Below are positions 39,901 through 51,640 of a DNA stretch of 64,000 bases, piece after piece. Made by a program: the position numbers and the translations under genes. Position 1 is the stretch's first letter, and each line of letters starts with the position of its first letter. Source of the stretch: Phoronis australis (lineage: Eukaryota; Animalia; Phoronida). The stretch lies in NCBI GenBank assembly GCA_002633005.1, contig NMRA01000058.1, positions 36,565-100,564 of the forward strand, in the 5' to 3' direction. The notes beneath the pieces were generated by a model. It ran no database searches. It had not been told where the DNA came from and saw only the letters and a program-made list of their open reading frames with translations.

Positions 39901-42900
39901 TGATTTCTGACGCAGACGGAGGTGTTGAAATTAACCAATGACGTCAGAGATTCAAATACAGTCTGTTCAGCAATTCACAACATGCTTACTGGTGTCAGCT
40001 AATCGCTTGAATTCATCGTTTTTCACCGTTAAATCATCAAAATTCGATGTAAAACCATTACTATTACATCAAGTAATAGAACAGACGTGTTATTTTATTT
40101 CGCTCTTATGGTTTTTTATGCGCCCACATATAAATATGTGGGCGCATATTGCCGTCATCTCTGTCTGGGCGTCTGGCATCCGGCGTCTGCAGCTGTATCT
40201 CCTAAACCCCTCACAGGATCTTGATGAGATTTGGCAGATGTATTCCTCTGAAGCTGATGACGGAGGACGATTGAATTTGGACGTCTCCGACTACCGGTGT
40301 ACCCCCTAGTGGCAATTTTAGTTTTTTACACTTACCTCTGTATCTTCGGATGTTCTCACCGGATTTTCATAAAATTTGGCAGTTAGGCATCTATTAGTGA
40401 GATGATGCTATCCTCCCGTTTTCGGACGGGTTCGAGGTACTTACGCCACCTAGTGGCCATTTTTACTGTTTTTGAGTCTGTTTTTTGGCGTCCACCGTTC
40501 TATCAACCAAACCGCTCTAAGGATGATTTTGAAAATATATATGAAGTTACTGTGAAGAGAGCGACTGACAATGATTTTCCGATGACTTCGACAACTGTGG
40601 CACCTCGTAGTGGCAGTTTTGTTTGTTTTGTGCCCATGGCTGTATCTCCTAAACCCCTCACAGGATCTTAATGAGATTTGACAAATGTGTTCCTTGATAA
40701 CTGGCTTTCAGTTACCTTAATGATATTCCCTGGCAAGTAGTGTATCACTGAATGATACTAAATTATGATTTTGTGAAAATATGTTATTTGAACGATTTGT
40801 TTTTCTTTAAATGTTTTTTCCAGTGGTAATGTGTTCTTTGTTTTATGGAATTTATGTATTGCCTTTGTGGGGTCACGTAAGTTGAATGGATGGCATTTCT
40901 GTCAGATTCTCCTCAAAACCTATAACTTTTGAAAATCTTGGCTCTCTGTTAGGAACTCATAATTCACTAGATGGCACTAATAAAAACGTTCTCATCTTGC
41001 TGAAGTGCATGTATTCAGGTCACACTGTCAGTTCTAGTGAACAGCTTTCTATTCTCAGTTGCGCCAGATTATTAAAAGAATGTCCTTTTTTCAGCTTTCT
41101 GTTCTCAGTCTAGTCAGATAATAAAAGAGTCCCATTTCTTCAATTGGTACCAGCTTGTGACAGTCTTGATTATTGATATCACAATGTTGTGTTTTCAGAC
41201 AAGGCTGAAAGTAACACCATCAATGCAGTAGCCTTCCTTGGTCACTCAGATGTGATTACGGCCAACAGCAGTGGTCAGTTGAAGGTCTGGGACTTCCGGC
41301 AGCCACAAGACGAACCCAGTAAAATCTTTTTGTTGTGAGTATGGATGGATAGGTTTATCATGCTCTCCACATGCAGGGTTGAAGTGACAAACAAAGAACT
41401 CAATTATTTTCTCCTTTAATACATGTATGTGTGGGTATTCTAAATGTATGAGGTATTTTGCGCCACCTGGTGGCCATTTTTGATGTTTTCAAATCTTGTT
41501 TTTGGCGTCCAGCCCTCCATCAACCAAATCATTCTAGGGATGGTTTTGAAAATTGGCATATATGTTTTCAGTGTGAAGAGGACAGGACATTTGATGAGGG
41601 CTACTGACTATTGTGGTGCCTCCTAGTGGTAGTTTTGTTTTGTTTTGCGCCCATAGCTGTATCTCCCAAACCCACTGCAGGATCTTTATTAAATTTAGTA
41701 AGTGAATTTATATGAAAATAATAGACGACGACTTTCAGGCGGATGGAACGGACACTATGCCCACAAGTGGCAATTTCATTTTGGTCTGTTTTCCTCTATT
41801 TCTCTGAAGTTCCTTGACAGATTTTTGTGAAATATGGCATGTTCCCATTTTTGGATGGATTGTACGTTTTTGCGCCATCGAGTGGCCATTTGTATAATAC
41901 AAATAAATAACCCTAAAAGCACACCATTTGCGATGCATTCGTGGACGCATTTCAATGCTCCGCGTTGCTCTTGTCGATATTTTCGCAAGTTCAATTGTCA
42001 GGATATTCTAACTGGATAGAAATTTTACCCAATTATTTTGATATTGCGTGTTGGTTATTATGTTTATCCTGTTTACTAGAGCTAGGTTACTCCCCGTAAA
42101 ACATGCTTAGCCCAGTCCTCAAAGTCGGCCATGTTATTCAGTTATTCCGTAACGAATCTCACTTCCCAATTATCGACAAATCTGAAATGGCAGGCCCAGT
42201 TCGTGACAAGTGAGAATTTTTATGCATTTTTTGCCTATGGATTTCATTAGGATTCAGCTGTAGGTACTGCTGGCTTTGTTATAACATGTTCTAACAGTCT
42301 AATAATGAGGCTTAAAAATGTGCTAATCAGTCTTATTTTTTTGTCTATAGGACGGGTGACCGCGTACCTCTGCACTGCCTGGATAAACACCCAAATCAGC
42401 CTCATATTGTTGCCACTGGAGGTCAGGATGGTATGCTGTGCATCTGGGACATGCGGCAAGACAAGTTCCCCATCACGCTGATGGAAGCTCACGCGGCTGA
42501 CAGTAAGATGTTCTGATGTTCTGCATAGTCTGTGCATTTCATGATAAATGCTGTATTTTCACTAAGTCTTGATGCAAAAAAACAAGAAATGGGCTAATTA
42601 ACTCTGATGAATTTTAATTTTTTCTTTTTCACATAATAACAAAATGGTTTCTGCTATCAAAAAGGAATTTAAAGATCGCTTCTGAACAATATGAAGGGCC
42701 TCCATTCTGAAACAGCTGACCAACCTTGTCAAAATGGATATCCCTTCACTCTCTTTATGCACCCACTTATTTATATGTGGGTGCACTTTGTCGTCATTTT
42801 CTGAGTGACCAGTGTCCACTTCTGTGTATCTTATTGAAATTTGGTAGATGTGTTCTTAAGAAGGTCACGACAAATGGCTACGAATTTCGGACTGACACGA

Positions 42901-45900
42901 CTACTGCTGTGTCCCTAGTGGCAACTTTAGTTTTTATGCACCCACTCGATTCTGGAAACTTTTGAAAATGCATACTTAATTTCGTTACACAAATATGCTT
43001 TCTGTTCAGACGTACATGCACAATGGAGGCACTGAATGCCTCAAACCAACTCTTTAAAGGAGAATGTCGATTTAATTAGTCTTTTTTACCGTCTTATTCG
43101 GTCTATATCCACATCGCCTCTTACATGGTCGACTTCACCTTGCCGAGAGATGTCGTTTTAACCTGTGAGGAAGGTGGAAAATGACGCAGCGACGTCAGTG
43201 GTTCATCTGCAGAGTGAATGCCGCTATATTGCGGTGCATTGTTCCCGCTTGTCCGAACTATGAAGCTGAGAAGAAAGCGGGTATATCATTTTTCAACTTC
43301 CTCGAGAACCCGAAATGCTTAGGAAGTGGCTCGCGGTATTGAAGAATGAAACGTATGCTGTTAATAGCAAGTATGAGGCCGTAAAACATCTCTGTGTCCG
43401 TGGCCGGCATTTCGTTGACAGTGATTTCTTTGACGAATTCCGGCTTACCAAAGAACTATCCATACGTTCCGTTGCCTGTGCATGTTCACGGCGCCCCTCT
43501 AGCATTTCTTGATTAGCGTGTTCCGGTTCGAACTGATATCCTGTGAAACCTAACGATCTGACCCGTGAAGTCTTTGTCGGATGAGCTCTTGACTATTGGT
43601 GCCGGGCGAGTTAACATGTAACGGTTTATTATTCTGCGTTCTGTTTCAAAATGAATTATTCTCATCCTAACCAATGCTTATATGAAAATGAAGCAAAGTC
43701 TTGCTCATTAGATACAATTTGTAGTGCCTTGGGGTGCTCGTGAGTGCAAATGTTTTGAGAAGCAAGCAATGAATAAACCACTGTGTTACTGGCTTTTGAT
43801 GCCGGCAACAAAGGTAATTGAGGCACCGAGGCCATGTGAGTCCATGCTAATTCAGTGTTGGCTGACAGAAAGCTGTTGTCATAGTGAAACAATTGCTCGA
43901 TATCATGCTATGGTCACATGTTAGGGGAATCTTTATTTAGAAATACAAATGCATTATTCAAATCATTGTTACTGTACAACCTTTACCCTGACAGTCAGTG
44001 AAAGTGGAACCCAACTTCGCGGATTCGTAGATTTTCAGTTTCGTGGCCAATTCACATAAGTAATTACGTGCACATTATTTCTTCTGCTCACTATTTTAGT
44101 CTGGAAGTTTAGTTTCCAACTCAAGCTGGTTTCATGTTTGTGCCAGTCCCGGCGTCCACAACGGGCCTCATCGGGTTGCGAGCCACTGGCTGGGCGGAGT
44201 CAGTCCAGCCACGACGCCTGGCCTTGTGATCGGGTTCTGAGCCACTGAACGGGATAATGAGCGTTTTGTGTGTTTAGAACTAAAAAAATCAAGTATAAAC
44301 AACCCAGATGTAGGTTCTCCTGTCTGTGTTTCACGGAAGAATACTTCACATTTATCTCCGAAGAGACCCCAAACTCCTGCTACGGACCTTGGTAAATTGG
44401 CCTGCCGAACTTTTTAGGTTACAGTGTGTCCAAATACCAGTAAATCCGTTACAGCGAAATAAAACAACACATTTTTATGAGAACTCAATGTATTTTTAAG
44501 GGTTTTACATCAAAGTTTGATGATTTATTGGTGTAAAACAATGAATTCAAGCGATAAGCTGACACCACTAACCCGTATTGTGAACTGCTGAACAGACTGC
44601 GTGTGAAACCAATTACGTCATTGGATAATTTCAACACCTCTGTCTGCCGTCAGGTGTCAGGTAACGCAACCGAATATGCCATTATAGGTCTGCAATCAAG
44701 GTCTACTGTAAGAGTCGGCAGGGCGGTGGGCTTACGAGTCGGCAGTTTGGTGGTCTGCCAATCGACTAAAAATTAGTCGACCATTTGTTGACTCCTTGCC
44801 AACCACTCTGACAAAAATGTGTGGCGTGCTGAATGTAAATTTTAAATTTTAATAATACCCGTCATAGTATCATGTGAATTTACATTACAGCTAAAGGAAT
44901 GGACCCCCGATCGGATTGTTTTTAAATAATTCAGCCACCTCTGTGTATTTTAATTATGTTTGCAAAGTTTCACCTAATTTCCATTTTGCTTTCAGTGCTG
45001 GACATAAAGTTTCACCCGCTGTCACCCAACAACCTGTTCACATGTTCTCAAGATGGCTCTGTATGGCACTGGGATGGCTCAAGTGTGGGTTCATCTTCTC
45101 TTGGTGAGTTCTAATCATCTCCATGTATTTATTGTGCCAACACTTGTAGGCCCAACATTCTACATCTTCCAAAATAAGTGAAGGCAGACTCAAGACTTTC
45201 TGACACTGCAGAAGAGCTGCCGACTGGACTTATCCACTGCAGTATTTTGCGAAGGAGCTCTTCTGATGTGTTGTTTGGGGGTAGAGTTTTAAGGATGGTA
45301 TCTAAAGAACCAATTGACGGGTTTCAATGAAACTTACCTTGTGGTACGTGATAACCATATGCTGGCACCACACTCCTAGACATCATTGTCCAAGCAAGCC
45401 AACAAATGGGACTGAGTCTAAATGCCAAGAAAACAGAATTTAACAATCATTTTATGGTAATAACAAGGAAACAATATGTCCCCGATGCAATGTCACAGTC
45501 AATGGGAAAGCATTAACACAAGTGGATAATTTGAAATACCTCGGAACCATGATCTCGGCAGATGGAAAATGCCTTGACTCCTTTGATGTGGTTGGAGTTG
45601 AAGTCGAGGTATTGTCCTGTGTGGGTTTTCTTATAGTAGACTGACGTTGTTAACTGTCCTTCAACACGAGTCACTGGTATGTCTAGGAATGAGAGACTGT
45701 TATTTGTCTCTTCTTCCATTGTGAATCTAATTGTAGGTGCTATGTTGTTCAGTTTTTCTCCGAGTCATGGCTGAATATTGTGGATGTGTCATCAACCTAA
45801 TTTGTTCAAGGGGGGCGCTTATTGTGACCCAAGGCGGTTGAAACGGGAGAAATCGGAAGCTACGATTCATCATATTTACACTTTGTGATGTATCTGTAAC

Positions 45901-48900
45901 CTATGACAGACTTTCTACATAGGGCATTGCTATCAAACTTTGCTGTTAAATTATGATCATTTTACAGAAAATTGTGCTGAAATCTCAGGGCGAAAACTCG
46001 CCGATTGACTGCCTCGCAATCGTCGATATGACGACTTTTGAATTACAGTTTTGACTCAACAAGAGAAAATCTCTGGACGAACACCTGTTGTTGTCATCTG
46101 ACGTTTATTTTGAAGTTCGTCTGCGTATTGTGTGAGTGAGCGAGCACATGCGTGTCATTGGAGTTTATTTTCCAGAGTACACGTAATGCAACGATCTAGA
46201 GCTAAAGAAATCAACACAAGCAGTAAAGCCGAATGTGTTTTATTTAGCATTTGTTGAGATCTCATCTGTTAAAAAATGTTCAAGAATTGTCTCGGTCAGT
46301 CGCCTGAGTGACTGGATGTTTGACAGTCTGATAGTTATTTTCCGGGAGATTCAGGGGGGGTTGTAAGGGTGCGGAAATGTTCGCTACCAGTGGGTTATTT
46401 TGACTTTCAAAACACAAGTTATTATTGATTAAATAATTCCTCCAAAAAATATGCAAATGTTTTTTATGTGCCCACATATTTATATGTGGTCGCATATTGC
46501 CCTCACCTCTGTCTGTACGGGCGTCTGTTGTCCGGTGTCCGCAGCTGTATCTCCTAAACCCCCCACAGGATCTTGATGAGATTTGGCAGCTATGTTCCTG
46601 TGAAGCTCACAAGCGATGACTACGAATTTCGGACCTCTCTAACTACTGGTGTGCCCACTAGTGGCAATTTTTTTACACTTACCTCTGTATCTTCGGAAGT
46701 CTTCAACGTATTTTCATAAAATTTGGAATATAGGCATCTATTAGTGAGATGAAACTTCTCTTGTTTTCGGATGGATTCGACGTAGTTTGTGCCATCTAGT
46801 GGCCCATTCTTACTGTTTTCGTGTCTGTTTTTTGGCGTCCACCCCTCTATCAACCAAACCGCTCTAATGATGATTGTAAAAAGTGGCATATATATTCTTA
46901 CCATCAAGAGGATGGCTGACAATGATTTTCCGATGACTTCGACTACTGTGGCACCTCCCTGTGGCAGTTTTGTTTTTTTTGTGCCCATGGCTGTATCTCC
47001 TATACCGTTTGCAGGATCTTTACTAAATTAAGCAAGTGTGTTTATGTGATGGTGGCAACGGACAGTGACGACTTTCGCCTGGAATCAAGTAACTGGTGCG
47101 CCCCCTAGTGACAGTTTTAGTTTTTTACGTTTACCTTTGTACCTTCAAAGGTCCTCAACGTATTTTCGTAAAATATTAGTATAGGCATCTATTGGTGAGA
47201 TGGCACTATCCTCCCGTTTTCGGATGCATTCTAGGTATTTTGCGCCACCTAGTGGCCATTTTTACTGTTTTCGAGTCTGAACTTCTATGTCCACCGCTCT
47301 ATCGACCAAACCATTCTAAGAATGATTTTGAAAATTGGCGCGTACTCAGTGTGAGGAGGTTGGTTATACTGACAACTTTGGTTACTGTGGCACCTCCTAG
47401 TGATGATTTTGTTTTGTTTTGTTTTTTTTTTTTGTTTTGTGGCCGTAGCTGTATCTCCTAAACCCAATGCAGGATCTTTATAAATTTAGTAAGTGTATTT
47501 ATATGAAGCTTACAATAGACGACGAGTTTGAGGCGGACGCTGCGCCCCCTAGTGGCAATTTCATTTTTTCCGCTTTCCTTTGCTTCTCTGAAGTTTCTTG
47601 ACGGATTTTTAGGAAATTTATTGGTTAACGGCTTTCTATTAAAGAACCGATGACATGCTCCATTTTCAGATGGAGTAGACGTGTTGCGCCATCTAGTGGC
47701 AATTTTCTTGATCGAAATGAACAACTCTCGAAGCACATTGTTTGCGGTGTATTCGTGGGCGCATTTCAATGCTCTGCGTTAGAAACTGTCGGAAATTAGT
47801 GCCAATATTCATTTCTTGCCGATGCTATGCTACCCGTTTCATGAATGAATAGTTCCCAACTAATGTCTTTGATGACAGGTACATCTTTGTAGCGCGAGCT
47901 TCCTGGCCTCGTGCTTTTAACTCTGGCCAAGTTTTTTATTAGTCTTCGAATGATTTGTAGTTTTCATGTGTACAAAGAAATTCCTGTTGAGGGCGGGAAA
48001 TATCTACAATACAATCCCATTGACAAGTACAGTACGTCTGTTCTGAAATAGTAGTACACATTCCTCGCAAGATCAGCAAAACTTGCGTGTTCATTTTGAG
48101 GCATGGCAGAAGTTTGAAGTGTATAGTCACGGCTAAATACTGACATAGCGGCGAGGCTCGTGGTCTACAAATTCTGCCCAGAATGATTTTTTCAGGACTG
48201 TCAGATATTTTTGGTAAATTGAACTGTAGAATTTTAGGACTGTAGGTAAGGCATTTGGGCGCTTATTTTAGAAAAGTCTGAAAATGCGTTGGGGGCACTT
48301 ATAGGGGTATGGGCGGTTATTAGGGCAAATACGGTAACTGTGAACTATAAATACACTATATATACAAATGAATCATGAGATATTACTAATAAAACAAAAT
48401 AATGAAGACTTTTCGAGCAAGCGATAGCACATTCAGTTACAATTATAAAATGGCGGCATTCAGGACAAGTTCCTTAACTGACTAGCCGGAAATGTGGGTA
48501 CGGAAATAACTGATGACAGCCGGTAATTATCTGCTCACAGAGAAGGATCAAATACCGGCAGGTAAAAGAACGCTTGTGGCTTGAAAAGGCAAAAGAATAT
48601 AATGACAAGGTATTGAAAAAAAGGTTTTATTTATTGAGTATTTTCGGATACTGGAGCCACATTGGCATTTTAAGATAAGGACTTTGAAGGTTCATGATAA
48701 CAATTACCAAGCACCGTTTGATTTTCGGGCTAATTCAACTACTGCATCTGTCAACATCGCTGCATTAATCTTGCTTACATCACTGGAGCACCAATCTTCA
48801 GAATCATTAGTATTGCCTGTGTTGCAGACAATTCTAATACTGTCTGAGATATGTAGAACAAGCATAGGACAAAAGGTCATTGATCCTTTTTTCATTTACC

Positions 48901-50791
48901 TTTTTTAATGGAATTTGTCTCATTGTGTCCCAACAGATTCCCAGCTCATTCATTTCTAGTTAGTGTTGAGTTACGAATTGTCGTGCAGGTACATTTGTAT
49001 GTAGGATTGTGCATGTGTTACAGTGTTACTGTCATGTCACCTCATGTCATGCACTATGGAAGGACGTCAAATTAAATGAATCTGATCTGAACATGTGCCT
49101 AATAGCAGGTGACCAGCGGGAGCGCAGCTTAAAGACTATATGTGAAATAAGAACTGGTAATAATAATATTATAACAATATTAATAATATAACAGAAATGA
49201 TATAACAAAAATAATAATAATAATATTACAATAATAATAACATTACAATAAGAATAATAATGTGACAATAATAATAATAATAATAATAATAATCATATAC
49301 TTTATTTATAAAGGATAAAATACAATAGATTTAGAAAAACATGCTTTATTTAGCACTGTCCTCACAGCAATAAATTAAATTAAATAACATAAGTTAGATT
49401 AAATTAAGTTACAATGAATTAAATGAATAATTACCTATTAAATTGAATTGAAATAAGTTGAAACTTTTATACGGTATATACAATGATTGTAGAAAGGATA
49501 AATAACTGAAAACGAAGGGAGGGACAGCTATGATGACCACATCCACAAGTAACTGATGAGTTTGTGTCTGAAGTCATTATGTTAACCATCTCTCCCTTTT
49601 AGGGTATGTGGTAAATCAATCTGTTGTGGCTTGAATATAAAAGAGTATAACGAAGTCCTGTGTATGGGGACAACAAAATTGTTTGAGGAAGAAAATCTGG
49701 TCCTGATTTGATGCCTGTTTCAAACAAATAATAATTTAGGAGGTAAATAAGCTGGTACATTACTGTGAACACATTTTCGCACCATACACAATTGTCTATA
49801 CCGTGTATAAAATATTTGTCTATAGGCAACCATCCCACTCTGAGTTCAGCATTTCGCCTAAGATACGCAACCATGTTGCCGGTTAAGTTGTTCCTCATGA
49901 CTCGTGAGAACATATCGTGTAGAGAAGACCAAGCATAATTTAACCCTGTGCTGGATATTTGGAATATTCCAGATATCCAGCACAGATAGGGTCCGAAGTC
50001 AGTGCCAGAGTGGGTAAACTGAACCGATGCTGAACATTCAGTATACGCGTGCTTGACATGAGAAGTTTTCACAAGTATCATTGGCCATATTGACAAAATA
50101 CTGTAACACCCTGCATACTAGCCTTGGTGCAAAGCTATACTATACAGCTAGGTGGCTGGCTACTTGCTTACATGTACAAGCCGTAATGGCTGAACCACAA
50201 AGTGGAGCAGCAGATCACTCTAGAGACCATGTAAATGATGGGTTCGTTTCAACTTTATGCAGAAACCTTGTTCCAATCATATTGTCAAGTTGTGCTTCAG
50301 TAACCTTATTTGTTACTAACAGTATATGTAGTTGTAGATACCGTGAAAATGGTCAGACTTCAAACTCGTTGCATAGGTTTTCAAACTCGAAGCCAGTAAG
50401 CCAAACTCTTCACGACTCAAAACTCGAGGCACTGACAACTCAAAGCAGGTTGTGGAGAACACTGGGTTTCTAGGGAACAGTGCATGTTAATGTTTGATTA
50501 CTGCAGTTAGGATGAAAGTACTGTTTTCATGACCACATTTCAGGAACTGTTGGAGCCGCTGCCAATTACACACACCTCCGTCATTCAGTGACAGGTGACA
50601 ACCAATCTCCGGTGGACATAACCAATCAGTGGTTAGCTAGTGAGGCCACCAAACACCGCATCGAAGTGACAAGTATTCTGCCCGAGGACAATGTGATGCC
50701 TGTCAACTGTCTGGACATTCTCAAGAATGTATTACTATGTGGGATGGATGGGGAGGCTTTATACACCGTCAGGAATTTGACCATAAGGTGA
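30852..50791 (+). CDS. NUP43: Nucleoporin Nup43 (WD40 protein of the Y-complex); complete spliced gene, 373 aa
   Basis: Exons 30852-30968, 33383-33499, 37340-37417, 38160-38325, 41199-41334, 42351-42502, 44996-45103, 50544-50791 total 1122 nt in frame. Motifs VSQKLNKIRWRP, ETFATGSW, VTVGEDGRLN, GQLKVWDFRQ, TGDRVPLHC, VATGGQDGML, LFTCSQDGSVWHWD. Confidence 0.96.
31285..31524 (+). repeat. Tandem duplication of ~119-bp CpG-rich unit in NUP43 intron 1
   Basis: Two copies of GTCCGCCATCTT...GGACTTAG...AGTGCTCGTC.GCACGTTAGGTA. Confidence 0.8.
33383..33499 (+). CDS. NUP43: NUP43 exon 2
   Basis: TTGTAG / GTATGG; VNRVCVW...HVGDVTDLK. Confidence 0.9.
36275..37030. mobile_element. Tc1/pogo-type MITE with TA target
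   Basis: TA-CCGTA...GCCCATGCCC and GGGCATGGGC...TATGG-TA ends; partial inverted copy at 48250-48337. Confidence 0.7.
37340..37417 (+). CDS. NUP43: NUP43 exon 3
   Basis: TTTTAG / GTATGT; FIDHNLIIASSSTG. Confidence 0.9.
38160..38325 (+). CDS. NUP43: NUP43 exon 4 (GC donor)
   Basis: TTTCAG acceptor; DIVTVGEDGRLN; donor AG/GCAAGT. Confidence 0.88.
38690..39800 (+). mobile_element. HINE-like repeat family copy
   Basis: CCTAGTGGC and GGCTGTATCTCCTAAA subunits. Confidence 0.7.
40112..40700 (+). mobile_element. HINE-like repeat family copy (5' part)
   Basis: TTTTATGCGCCCACATATAAATATGTGGGCGCAT hairpin start plus subunits. Confidence 0.75.
41199..41334 (+). CDS. NUP43: NUP43 exon 5
   Basis: TTTCAG / GTGAGT; NSSGQLKVWDFRQ. 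Confidence 0.92.
41445..41974 (+). mobile_element. HINE-like repeat family copy (3' part)
   Basis: Ends GTGGACGCATTTCAATGCTCCGCGTTGCTCTTGT. Confidence 0.75.
42351..42502 (+). CDS. NUP43: NUP43 exon 6
   Basis: CTATAG / GTAAGA; TGDRVPLHCLDKHPNQ...ATGGQDG. Confidence 0.93.
43053..44680 (+). mobile_element. Kolobok-like DNA transposon remnant with THAP-domain pseudo-ORF
   Basis: Begins TTAA-AGGAGAATG; frameshifted CIVPACPN...FQLPREPEMLRKWL...RGRHF at 43235-43420; 44450-44660 is an inverted homolog of 39910-40100, which also follows TTAAAGGAGAATG. Confidence 0.6.
44996..45103 (+). CDS. NUP43: NUP43 exon 7
   Basis: TTTCAG / GTGAGT; FHP...LFTCSQDGSVWHWD. Confidence 0.92.
45400..45800. mobile_element. 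Fused RTE RT fragment (+, 45400-45575) and Penelope RT fragment (-, 45575-45800)
   Basis: Plus strand GLSLNAKKTE and LKYLGTMISADGKC; minus strand VDDT, FTMEEETNNSLSFLD, SVYYKKTHTGQYLDFNSNH. Confidence 0.75.
46459..47781 (+). mobile_element. Near-complete HINE-like element
   Basis: 5' hairpin and GTCC tract, tandem ~150-bp subunits, 3' GTGGGCGCATTTCAATGCTCTGCG. Confidence 0.75.
49157..49293. repeat. (AAT)n microsatellite, probably the tail of the adjacent LINE
   Basis: Imperfect AAT run. Confidence 0.85.
49294..50470 (-). mobile_element. Highly decayed CR1/L2-type LINE 3' portion
   Basis: Minus-strand AATAAA next to the (ATT)n tail; LRVGWLPI-type motif. Confidence 0.5.
50544..50791 (+). CDS. 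NUP43: NUP43 exon 8 (last coding)
   Basis: TTTCAG acceptor; WLASEATKHRIEV...LLCGMDGEALY, TGA stop. Confidence 0.9.
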
Positions 50792-50950
50792 CAAGTGTCT
50801 GGACCATGGGTGAATAAGAACTGAGCTTTTGTAGAGAAGTGTACCATTTTCTGATTCATTGATGTCTTGAATGAAGAAGTTTGTAATGCCGTGTAATAAT
50901 AATTATTTATCCCATCGGCATTGAATCTGTCGAGGGAAATGCGGTCACGT

Positions 50951-50956
50951 AATAAA
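50951..50956 (+). promoter_or_regulatory. Candidate NUP43 polyadenylation signal AATAAA
   Basis: AATAAA 160 nt after the stop codon. Confidence 0.45.
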
Positions 50957-51497
50957 GTTTTCCATATTCACCTCCCGCACTACTTCAACAGTGACCTCTG
51001 ACATGTAAAGTTCAAAAGGAAGGTTATATGTCGACTCGACGTCTTCAGCCGGTTCGATACTCAAACTTTCCCAATATAGTTGAAAGTAATACATTTGCAT
51101 CAGTGTAACTAACACTCGCCATGCAACCAGGCCCTAAACGTAAAATCTGGAACAAAGCTGTTCATTATAAGACACTGATGCCTCAGTTTTCAATTGCTGA
51201 ATCGTCTGCAACTCAGGCACCGATTCCTAGGAAACAAAAAGTATAAAATGTTTTTTAACTAGTTCCCGGAGATGTTACGAGTTCACTGCACAGTTGTCGT
51301 TTTCATCTTTGTTACCTCTTTTCAAGAAATAAATCGTTACTTTTAAAACTGTTTCTTTTACAAGAGAAAACTTGCAACCTAACGCGCAAGTAAATACATA
51401 TAGGATGTGATCCGCCATGTGAACAGTCTGAGTGATGTATTTGAAAAATCTGCCGAATAATGTTAGAAACTTAGAAATTCGAAGCGCATGGGATAAA

Positions 51498-51640
51498 TAC
51501 AAAACGCACCGAGAGTGGCGTACATGAAGTAATATCCCACTCGACCTTATTCCACGTATCGACCTCGACATTCGGTCGATACGTGGAATAATGTCTCGTG
51601 GTCTATTACTTCATGTACGCCACTCTCGGCACGTTTTGTG
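51498..51640. repeat. ~140-bp near-perfect palindrome (hairpin MITE-like)
   Basis: CCGAGAGTGGCGTACATGAAGTAATA (51509-51534) pairs perfectly with 51604-51629; inner arm TTATTCCACGTATCGACC / GGTCGATACGTGGAATAA. Confidence 0.85.

Noticed and set aside
48937-48960. Acceptor-like site as an extra NUP43 exon
   Set aside because: In-frame TAG after a few codons; exons 7 and 8 already join in frame to a full-length protein
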